Shown here piece after piece: positions 8,967 through 16,771 of a DNA stretch of 64,000 nucleotides. The stretch comes from Candidatus Latescibacterota bacterium (GTDB taxonomy: Bacteria > Latescibacterota > UBA2968 > UBA8231), in contig CBDCSU010000005.1 in assembly GCA_965221775.1 (NCBI GenBank), positions 480,001 through 544,000 on the forward strand, given 5' to 3'. The translations under genes were made by a program, and so were the position numbers. The notes beneath the pieces are model-generated. The model saw nothing but the letters and a program-made list of their open reading frames with translations, searched no databases and was not told the DNA's origin. Position 1 is the first letter of the stretch. Each line of letters opens with the position of its first letter.

Positions 8967-9686
8967 TCAACCCCCTTCGGTTTGGTGCCGCTCAACCAAC
9001 TCGGCCATGCTGCCGAATCGGAAGTCTGGCTCCACCGCCTGCGATGGCGGGAACGTAGCGCCGCCGCCACGGCCTCCCCGCCGGTCGATCCATACCGTGG
9101 CCAGTCCCATCGCCTTGGCCGGCACGTGGTCGTGGAAGAGGCTCTGCGCCACGTGCAGGATGCCCTCCGGGCCGGCGCCGAAGTCGGCTCTCACCCTGGC
9201 CAGCAGGAACTCGAAGTTGGCCGCCGCCGGCTTGTACGAGCCGATCTCCTCGGCGGTGAGCACCGCGTCCCAGGGATCACCGAGGCGGGCGGCGCTGCCG
9301 TGGTAGCTGGCGCGGTCGCAGTTGGTGAGGGTGACCAGCCGGTGGTGGCCCTTCAGCCAGCCCAGCGCCGGGGCCGCGTCCTCGTAGGCGGGCCAGTCGC
9401 CGACGGACCGGCCGAAGCGGCGGCTCTCCGCCTGATCAGTTTCCGCGCCCCATCGCCGGGCCAGGCCGTGGTGAACGGCCGCCAGCAGGTCCGCGTAGAG
9501 CAGGCCGGGGTTCGCCGCCTGGCAGGCCGACTCCTCGCGGGCGAAGGCGGTCAGGGCGTCATCGCGGACCGGCGGATCGGCCAGCCGCGAGCAGAGGGGC
9601 TGCAGCGCCTCCCAGATCCCGGTCTCCCAGTCGATCAGGGTGCCGTAGGTGTCGAAGGTGAGGACGGGGAAATCGCGCAGGCCCAT
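8967..9686 (-). CDS. HAD-superfamily hydrolase (haloacid dehalogenase type II-like)
   Basis: FDTYGTLIDWE, TLTNCD, IGSYKP, LHVAQSLFHDHVPAK. Confidence 0.9.
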   Translation of the reverse strand: MGLRDFPVLTFDTYGTLIDWETGIWEALQPLCSRLADPPVRDDALTAFAREESACQAANPGLLYADLLAAVHHGLARRWGAETDQAESRRFGRSVGDWPAYEDAAPALGWLKGHHRLVTLTNCDRASYHGSAARLGDPWDAVLTAEEIGSYKPAAANFEFLLARVRADFGAGPEGILHVAQSLFHDHVPAKAMGLATVWIDRRGGRGGGATFPPSQAVEPDFRFGSMAELVERHQTEGG

Positions 9687-9695
9687 GGGGTCGCC

Positions 9696-11354
9696 TCAAC
9701 CGGAGCGCTCGCAGGTGCTGCCCGGCGCCAGCCGTTCCTCGCGCCACGGGCTCTCCTCGCCGTCGCCGGGGATTCTCCAGGAGAAGGCCAGCTGCGTCTC
9801 TCCCCCGTTGTGGAAGACCACCATCGTCGAGCGGCGGGTCGTGCCCGACGCGGTCCTGGTGGAGGCCGCCCTGCGCGAGGGGATCGACGCCGAGGACGAG
9901 ATCGCCTCGGCCGCTGACTGCTCCCCGGGAAGGGGGCGCACCAGGGAGAGCAGGGTCGCGGGCGGATGGCTCCTGCCGTCCTCCCGCCGGATCTCCATCA
10001 GCGGCCGGACCTCGCCCTGAATCTCCCGCGTCCCCAGCAGCAGCGGGCCGTAGCACGCCGTGACCGCTCCCTGCCCCCAGTTGCGGCCGTGTCCCGCGGC
10101 CACCGAGCAGACGGCGCCGCCCATGTCCGCGTGTTCCCGTCCGCCGCGCAGCACGCGCCGGGCCATCTGCAACCGCGTCGCGGCGCCGCGCAGGGCCCGC
10201 GCCGCGTGCCCGATCTCCCCCGTCAGCTGCCAAGCCAGGGTCAGGGTGGCCGTGGACGGCTCGCGGACCGGCTTCACCGATCCATCCTCGGACCACTCGC
10301 CCCAGAAGGCCATGTCCGCCCGCTTGCCGACCCCCGGCGCCCGGATGCGCCGCTCCTCGGGAAAGACCAGGGCCAGCCGCTCCGGCGGGCTCTCGGGCAG
10401 AGCTTCCAGCCCCGAGCGGATCTCCGCGTCGAGGCCGGTGTCGGCGAAGGTCCAGCGGTAGTAGCTCAGGGCCGCCGCCGCGGGATCGTTGCAGGGGTCG
10501 TCGAGGCTGGTCACCAGGGGCTCCACGATCCGCCTCGCCGCCTCCCGGAAGACCTCCTCGCCGGACAGCATCCACAGATCGCCCAGGGCGTAGACCGCGC
10601 CCGAGGCCAGCAGGTTCTCGATGCCGGCGAGCGGGTCCCCGGGAAGGTGGTGGGCGCTGGCAGCGATCCCGTGCAGACCTCTCGCGTCGACCTCGGCCTC
10701 GTCGAGCCCCTTGCCGTCGAGGGTCCACAGCAGCGGCATCGGCTCCGGCGCCGCCACCAGGCGCCCGGCCCGCTTGCGGCCATGGCGCAGGGCCCACTCC
10801 AGGTAGCGCTCCGCCCCCGTCACCCGGTGGGCGGCGAGGGCGATGTGGAGGAAGCGGAAGTGCTCGGCCAGCTCGAAGGCCTCGCTGTCGTCGTTGGTCA
10901 CACACCGGGTGCCGATGCGGTAGCCGACGAAGGTGTCCCGCGAGTCGTCGTACCACGGCGGGACCTCGGGCACCCAGTTGCCGATGTGCTCGGCGGCATC
11001 CGCCAGCAGCGAGACCGCCTCGGAATCCCGCGGCTGCAGGCCGATATAGCGCGGCAGGAAGAGCAGGAACGGTTCCGGCCCGTGATGGGCCTCGGCTTCG
11101 GGCTCGTACCCGTGGAGGCACTCGCGCTCCACCCAGCCCTTCAGAGCCGCCTTCAGCGCCTCGAAGTGGCGCAGGACCGCCTCGTCGCCGGTGACCAGGT
11201 AGTGGGGGAACCACGCGAGGGCATAGTTGGCCTCGTCCTCGCCGCCGTCGTTGGGGCCGGGCGGATCGAGGCGCCGGCTCTGACGGAGCCAGGCGTCCAT
11301 CTCGGACCGGAGGGCGGTGTAGGCGCTATAGCTTTGTTGAATCTGATCCTTCAT
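9696..11354 (-). CDS. Hypothetical protein, possibly an (alpha/alpha)6-barrel enzyme
   Basis: 552-aa ORF with coding-like codon use; helical repeats HYLVTGDE / AHRVTGAERYL / LWMLSGEEVF / AWQLTGE; 10 nt upstream of the HAD gene. Confidence 0.65.
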   Translation of the reverse strand: MKDQIQQSYSAYTALRSEMDAWLRQSRRLDPPGPNDGGEDEANYALAWFPHYLVTGDEAVLRHFEALKAALKGWVERECLHGYEPEAEAHHGPEPFLLFLPRYIGLQPRDSEAVSLLADAAEHIGNWVPEVPPWYDDSRDTFVGYRIGTRCVTNDDSEAFELAEHFRFLHIALAAHRVTGAERYLEWALRHGRKRAGRLVAAPEPMPLLWTLDGKGLDEAEVDARGLHGIAASAHHLPGDPLAGIENLLASGAVYALGDLWMLSGEEVFREAARRIVEPLVTSLDDPCNDPAAAALSYYRWTFADTGLDAEIRSGLEALPESPPERLALVFPEERRIRAPGVGKRADMAFWGEWSEDGSVKPVREPSTATLTLAWQLTGEIGHAARALRGAATRLQMARRVLRGGREHADMGGAVCSVAAGHGRNWGQGAVTACYGPLLLGTREIQGEVRPLMEIRREDGRSHPPATLLSLVRPLPGEQSAAEAISSSASIPSRRAASTRTASGTTRRSTMVVFHNGGETQLAFSWRIPGDGEESPWREERLAPGSTCERSG

Positions 11355-11554
11355 CCTGCCAAGGGCTCCCGTAATTGCAGAAAGACCTCAACCCTCGCTT
11401 GCCCTCAAGCTATGTCATGTCTGCCGGAAGCACACCGCGCCGTTCGCGGATCGGCGCGGGAACCCCCTCGCGAATCTGCGGCCGACAGTCGAACGCCATT
11501 CCATTCCGGGCTCACATTTCTTCGGAGGTCGACATCTCTCTTTCGTGCTGGCAT

Positions 11555-12247
11555 ATGAGAGTGGCCGCCTGCCTCTTCCTGCTTCTGCAGGGGTGCTCGG
11601 TCCAGGACGATACGTGGATGGGTCTCGGAGTCGAGCCCGAGAGTCGATGCTCCCCCTACAACCGCACGCCGGACTACCGGCACTCTCCACATCTGGAGCC
11701 CGCCATAGCGGCCAGGATGGGAGGCATCCGGTGCCGCTATACAGGGAGGGTTTACCGCAGCCTTCTACAGACCGACATCGAGCACGTGGTCGCCTTGAGC
11801 GAAGCCCACGACTCGGGCCTGTGCGCGGCGGATGCGGCGACGAAGCGGAGGTTCGCCAACGACCTGTTGAATCTGACGCTCTCCGATCCCGCCGTGAACT
11901 ACCAGAAGGGCGCGAAGGACGCCGGGGAGTGGATGCCGCGGATCGATCCACGCGGGTTTGCGGAAACCGTCATCCAGGTGAAGCGCAAGTATGGACTGAG
12001 CATCGACAGGAGGGAGCGGGCAGCCCTCGAGAGAGCCCTGGACGGCCACTGGGTGGCGCCTCCTGCATCCATGGGAGACCTGGCCGAGTTGCCGGAGGCC
12101 GGCCATCCTCTCGATCTGTGGGACGACAACGGCAACGGGCGGATCACCTGTGCGGAGGCAGAACGCCACGGCACCCCGGTGAAGCGCGGCCATCCGGCGT
12201 ACGTCTACATGAGGGACGGCGACGGCGACGGGTGGGTTTGTGAGTAG
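11555..12247 (+). CDS. Putative lipoprotein: HNH/DUF1524-type nuclease plus Excalibur Ca-binding domain
   Basis: Lipobox LQGC; DIEHVVALSEAHDSG...FANDLLNLTLSDPAVNYQKGAKDAGEW; C-terminal ITCAEA...RGHPAY..MRDGDGDGWVCE. Confidence 0.8.
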   Translation: MRVAACLFLLLQGCSVQDDTWMGLGVEPESRCSPYNRTPDYRHSPHLEPAIAARMGGIRCRYTGRVYRSLLQTDIEHVVALSEAHDSGLCAADAATKRRFANDLLNLTLSDPAVNYQKGAKDAGEWMPRIDPRGFAETVIQVKRKYGLSIDRRERAALERALDGHWVAPPASMGDLAELPEAGHPLDLWDDNGNGRITCAEAERHGTPVKRGHPAYVYMRDGDGDGWVCE

Positions 12248-12271
12248 GGGCGCCACCACATCGCGCGGCTT

Positions 12272-12437
12272 CTACCCCCCGCCCGCACTCGCGGGCAATT
12301 CGGCTCTCCAGCCAGGTGCAGCGAATGAGTAGCTGGGTAGGTCGGCAGCACCAGACCCGTAACCCCGACAAGCGCCAGATCGAACCTCAGCCCTGATGGC
12401 AGGGGCCAGTCCCGCAGCATCGGCTGTGCTCCGATGC
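12272..12437 (-). pseudogene. Degenerate copy of the 3' end of the acyltransferase gene at 16772-18436
   Basis: Reads IGAQPMLRDWPLPSGLRFDLALVGVTGLVL...PRVRAGG versus IGAQFAVRDWPLPSAVKFVLVLVAVTGFLL...PRVRAGG*; contains frameshifts. Confidence 0.75.
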
Positions 12438-12527
12438 CGGGTCGAAGATCTCCGGACCGAGTCCGCAGGATCCCATGGCAAGGCACCGGACATCCTCCGT
12501 CCGATTGGCCTCAAGCGGCGACCGATC

Positions 12528-12592
12528 CAACTAAGATTTTAGTTGACATGCGCCGCGGCGCCGGGTATGTTCTCAACTAAACCCTTAGTTGA
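12528..12592 (+). promoter_or_regulatory. Sigma70 promoter overlapped by two palindromic BlaI operators
   Basis: TTGACA (12543-48), 17 nt, TATGTT (12566-71); CAACTAA-gatt-TTAGTTG (12528-45) and TCAACTAA-accc-TTAGTTGA (12573-92). Confidence 0.85.
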
Positions 12593-12605
12593 TAGGAGCA
12601 GCCGC

Positions 12606-13013
12606 ATGGCTCAAAGAGGGGGACCCGACAAGAGGCTGACCCCGCTCGAGACACTGATCATGAACGTCCTCTGGGACGATTCGCCCGCCGCCGTCCGCCA
12701 AGTTCAGCAGCGGCTCGAGGCGGTCAGGCCCATGGCCTACAACACCGTCCTGACCATGATGCGCATTCTGCGCGAGAAGGGCTTCCTGGTGTCGGAGCGC
12801 GAGGGCCGGTCCGACCTCTACCGACCGGTGGTGACGCGCGAGGACATGGCGCGGCGGTCCCTGGGCGACGTCATGGACTCCTTCTTCTCCGGCTCGGCCG
12901 AGGCGCTGGTCAGCCAGCTGCTGGACGGCCAGTCCCTCACCGAGGAGGAGCTGAGATCGATCCGCGCCGAGCTGGACCGGGCCCTCCAGCGCAGAAGGGG
13001 GAAGCGGCGATGA
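12606..13013 (+). CDS. BlaI/MecI/CopY family transcriptional repressor
   Basis: LTPLETLIMNVLW, VRQVQQRL, AYNTVLTMMRILREKGFL, SFFSGS; AGGAG RBS before ATG 12606. Confidence 0.92.
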   Translation: MAQRGGPDKRLTPLETLIMNVLWDDSPAAVRQVQQRLEAVRPMAYNTVLTMMRILREKGFLVSEREGRSDLYRPVVTREDMARRSLGDVMDSFFSGSAEALVSQLLDGQSLTEEELRSIRAELDRALQRRRGKRR

Positions 13014-14842
13014 GCGCGGCCCTGAACGGGCTGGGCAACCAGCTCTTCGCCTGGCTGGGCCCGCTGAGCATCGAGCTGGTGGGGCTGGCGGTCCTGGTGC
13101 TGGCGGCTTGCCGTCTGGTGAAGTCGCCGGCCCTGCGCCACCTGTTGTGGCTGGCCGTGCTCGTCAAGCCGATCGCCGCCGTTGTGGTCAGCTCCCCCTA
13201 TACGGTATTCGCGCCCCTGGCGGCGTTCGTGCAGCCCGGCTGGGATGCCCTCCCTGCCTGGAGGGTTGAGCACCTGACGCTGACGCCCCTGGCAGCGGCT
13301 CCCGCGGCCTTCGCCACAAGCAGCGTGCCGTTTACCCCTGCCGCCTGGGGAGCGCTCCTGTGGCTCGTGGGCGCGACGTTGCTCATCGGGAGGACCCTGG
13401 CCGGCTTCGGCATCCTCCGGCGACTCCGGCGGCAGGCGCATGTGCAACGAGAGGGTCCGCTCTTCGAGGCTCTGCGGCGGGCGCGCGCGTCCCTCGACTG
13501 TCACCCCGGGGTCGAGGTGGCCACCTCTCCCTCCATCCGCTCGCCCATGGTCCTCGGCATCCTCAGACCGCTCATCGTCGTTCCCGCCGATCTCGTGCAG
13601 AGACTGCGGGGTGACGAGTTGACCCTGGTCCTCATGCACGAACTGGCCCACGTGCGCCGCTGCGACAATCTCACATTGCTGCTGCAGAGACTGGTCACGG
13701 CCGTCCTGTTCTTCCACCCCGCCCTGTGGCTGTGCGGCCGCATGCTGCGGCGCGAAGCCGAGCAGGCCTGCGACGATCTCGTGGTCGGCGTCACCGCCCG
13801 CCCGGAAGCGTATGCGCGCGGCCTCACCTTAGTCGCCGAAGAGGCGGCTCACTCCAACCCACGAACCAGGAGAGTCCCCATGATGAGCACCTTTGCCGCC
13901 ACCGAGTCCCATCTCTCGCGGAGGATCCGCCGGACTCTGCACGGTGGTGCGCGCCGGATGGGAACGCGGGCGCGCGTGCTTGCGGTGGTACTGCTGTTCC
14001 CTCTGGCCGCCGTGACCCTGCCCTCGTACGGCGCTGCAGACAACTGGGTGGCGGCCGAGACGGCTTCGGCTATCGCGGCCGACTCCAGTGCTGCTGCCAC
14101 CGGCCGGGACGAAGTCGTGACGCTCGAGGAACTCACCGACAGAATGGCCAAGGGCATACGAATGGTGGAGGAAACTCACACCGAGGGAGTGCGCCGTCGC
14201 ATTGTGGCGGCGCCCGAGAGCGGGGTGAAGGTGGTGATCCAGGAGCTGGATGTGGCGGGCAGCCGCAAGTCGGACCCAGATGAAGCAGTCGCTCGGGCGA
14301 TCGAGCAGATAGAGGATCTCCAGTCAGAAGCTATCGGGAGAATCGCAGCCCAAGCCAACGAACTGACCGGAGAGGAGTCGTTGCACAGGATCCTTGAAGC
14401 CCTCGATGAGAGTCGTATCATGCGAGAGGCGGTGGCCACCGACCCGGATGAATGGTCGGATGAGTTAAAGGCACAGCTGCTCGCCCTCAAGCCGGACAGT
14501 ACCATCGAGGAGATCGTCGAGTTTGTGCGCGGCGTTCGCAGTGGAACCGTGCTGTATGGGTACTCCGTGCGCGGAGAGGATCGCATGGAACCCGAGGGTG
14601 TCTTCCTCATTATGGTGGATCAGGACGGCAACATGAGGCTGAACGGCAAACCCGTGACCTTCGCGAACCTTGGAGACGAACTGGGGAACCAGAGAAGCAA
14701 GCTGGACACCACCTCCATGATCATCATTCGGAGCGCCGAGGGGGTAGCCCGCGGGCGGATCGTCGAGATCATGGACATCGCACGCCAAGCGGGGCTTGTC
14801 GATCAGGTCCTTGTCGATCAGATCCTTGCCACGGAGCCATAG
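13010..14842 (+). CDS. BlaR1-like M56 metallopeptidase with C-terminal ExbD/TolR-like domain (paralog 1)
   Basis: RHLLWLAVLVK, SPMVLGILRPLIVVP, HELAH, EQACDD; C-terminal IMVDQDGNMRLNGKPV...IIIRS...IVEIMDIARQAGL. Confidence 0.88.
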   Translation: MSAALNGLGNQLFAWLGPLSIELVGLAVLVLAACRLVKSPALRHLLWLAVLVKPIAAVVVSSPYTVFAPLAAFVQPGWDALPAWRVEHLTLTPLAAAPAAFATSSVPFTPAAWGALLWLVGATLLIGRTLAGFGILRRLRRQAHVQREGPLFEALRRARASLDCHPGVEVATSPSIRSPMVLGILRPLIVVPADLVQRLRGDELTLVLMHELAHVRRCDNLTLLLQRLVTAVLFFHPALWLCGRMLRREAEQACDDLVVGVTARPEAYARGLTLVAEEAAHSNPRTRRVPMMSTFAATESHLSRRIRRTLHGGARRMGTRARVLAVVLLFPLAAVTLPSYGAADNWVAAETASAIAADSSAAATGRDEVVTLEELTDRMAKGIRMVEETHTEGVRRRIVAAPESGVKVVIQELDVAGSRKSDPDEAVARAIEQIEDLQSEAIGRIAAQANELTGEESLHRILEALDESRIMREAVATDPDEWSDELKAQLLALKPDSTIEEIVEFVRGVRSGTVLYGYSVRGEDRMEPEGVFLIMVDQDGNMRLNGKPVTFANLGDELGNQRSKLDTTSMIIIRSAEGVARGRIVEIMDIARQAGLVDQVLVDQILATEP

Positions 14843-15688
14843 CCGATAGGCCGCGGCTATAGAGCCGGCCGGAGTTGGGCCGAACCGAAACCGGAAAGTG
14901 GACGAGGAGACGGTGATGAGTTGGACCCTGAACGAACTGGGACATCAGCTCCTCGGCTGGTTGGTTCCGTTGAGCATCGAGCTGGCGGCACTGGCGGTCC
15001 TGGTGCTGGCCGCCGGCCGCCTGCTGCCGATCCGGTCGCCGGCCTTGCGCCACCTCCTGTGGCTGGCCGTGCTCGTCAAGCCGCTCGTCTCCCTGCTGGT
15101 CAACTCGCCCTGCACGGTATACGCGCCGCTGGTGCCCCTGGCAGAGCCCGCCTCCCCCGTCGCGGATCTGCATGTCGAACACTTGGTGGTACAGGCCGCG
15201 GCCTCCCCCCCCATCGCCGAGAGCAGCCCGCGTCTTACGGCAGTCGGCTGGGGCATGGTGCTCTGGCTGGTTGGCGCGGCCCTGCTCACCGGACGGATCC
15301 TGATCGGCCACCGCGTCCTTCGTCGCCTGCGGCAGGAGGCCCATCTGCAGCGGGGCGGTCCGCTCTTCGCGGCCCTGCGGCAGGCGCGCGCGTCCCTCGA
15401 CTGTCACCCCGGGGTCGAGGTGGCCACCTCTCCCTCCATCCGCTCGCCCATGGTCCTCGGCATCCTCAGACCGCTCATCGTCGTTCCCGCCGATCTCGTG
15501 CAGAGACTGCGCGGTGACGAGTTGACCCTGGTCCTCATGCACGAGCTGGCCCACGTGCGCCGCTGCGACAACCTCACATTGCTGCTGCAGAGACTGATCA
15601 CGGCCGTCCTGTTCTTCCACCCAGCCCTGTGGCTGTGCGGCCGCATGTTGCGGCGCGAAGCCGAACAGGCCTGCGACGATCTCGTGGT
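13480..15688 (+). repeat. Near-identical 306-nt M56 core shared by both paralogs (13480-13785 and 15383-15688)
   Basis: Manual alignment gives about 7 mismatches in 306 nt. Confidence 0.9.
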
Positions 15689-16763
15689 ATCCGCCGCCGG
15701 CCGCGCGGAAGCCTATGCGCGGGGACTCACCCTGGTCGCCGAAGGGGCCCACTCAAACCCGCCAGCGAGGAGAGTCCCCATGTCGAGCACCCTTGCCGCC
15801 ACCGAATCCGACCTCTCGCAGAGGATCCGCCGGACGCTGGACGGTGGTGCATCCCGGATGGGCCCGCGGGCGCGTTTGCTGGCGGTGGTACTGCTATCCC
15901 CTCTGGCCGCCGTGACCCTGCCTGCTTACGGCGTTGCCGACAGCGCCACGGACGAAGTGACGGCAGCCGCTGGAGTCGCGTCTGCTTCCGTTTCTGCTGA
16001 CGGAATCCTGGGAGAGGAGGCGGCCGCCGATTCGGAGGAGCAGCGGAGAACGGTGCTTGTGGAACCCGGACCCGACAGCACCACCGAGTGGACCGTGGAG
16101 GCGATGGAACGCCGCATCCGGGAGTCGATCCGGCGCCGCATTCAGGAGGCGACCGATAGCGGTGAACCTGCTCCGGAGCTATGGCTCAGAATCCTCGATA
16201 ACCACAGCATGATCAGGGATATGGCCGAGGCGGGACTCAAGTGCCGGGAATGCGCTCGCATCAAGCGGGGTACGGCTCAAAGGGACCTCCGGAACCTGTT
16301 TCTCGTGGTGTATCGAGACGGCAGCATGAAGCTGAACGAGAAGCCAGTGACCCTCGGAACCCTCGGAGACGAGTTGCAGGCGAGGAGACAACTGGTCGTA
16401 AACAACAGGATGGTCATCCAGCACGACGGACGCGCCCCGGAGGGACAGGTCGTTCAAGTCATGGATGTCATACGCCAGGCAGGGCTGGTATCGCTCGGCT
16501 ATCCGGTCATCGCCACCGAAGAGGGGCACGGGACCTTGCGGGAGGCGCTGGCGACCGATCCGGAGGAATGGACGGAAGAGTTGAAGGACCGGGTTCTCGC
16601 GCTCCAACCTGGCAGTACTATCGAGGAGGTCTCCGACCTGGTGCGGCACCGGAGGAACTGGCTCAACCCGGGAACGACCGATCCTGACAGGTGGTCCGAC
16701 GAACCTTCCAGCACCGTCGACCAGGACTGTCGAGGGTGTCCGCAAGAGACGGCAACAGACTAG
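14916..16763 (+). CDS. BlaR1-like M56 metallopeptidase with ExbD/TolR-like domain (paralog 2)
   Basis: Same M56 motifs (HELAH, EQACDD); VVYRDGSMKLNEKPV...VVQVMDVIRQAGL; GAGGAG RBS. Confidence 0.88.
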   Translation: MSWTLNELGHQLLGWLVPLSIELAALAVLVLAAGRLLPIRSPALRHLLWLAVLVKPLVSLLVNSPCTVYAPLVPLAEPASPVADLHVEHLVVQAAASPPIAESSPRLTAVGWGMVLWLVGAALLTGRILIGHRVLRRLRQEAHLQRGGPLFAALRQARASLDCHPGVEVATSPSIRSPMVLGILRPLIVVPADLVQRLRGDELTLVLMHELAHVRRCDNLTLLLQRLITAVLFFHPALWLCGRMLRREAEQACDDLVVSAAGRAEAYARGLTLVAEGAHSNPPARRVPMSSTLAATESDLSQRIRRTLDGGASRMGPRARLLAVVLLSPLAAVTLPAYGVADSATDEVTAAAGVASASVSADGILGEEAAADSEEQRRTVLVEPGPDSTTEWTVEAMERRIRESIRRRIQEATDSGEPAPELWLRILDNHSMIRDMAEAGLKCRECARIKRGTAQRDLRNLFLVVYRDGSMKLNEKPVTLGTLGDELQARRQLVVNNRMVIQHDGRAPEGQVVQVMDVIRQAGLVSLGYPVIATEEGHGTLREALATDPEEWTEELKDRVLALQPGSTIEEVSDLVRHRRNWLNPGTTDPDRWSDEPSSTVDQDCRGCPQETATD

Positions 16764-16771
16764 GAGCCGCT

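Noticed and set aside
14795-14828. 15-bp tandem duplication (LVDQV-LVDQI) at the end of M56 paralog 1
   Set aside because: Real but only two copies, with no evident functional consequence.
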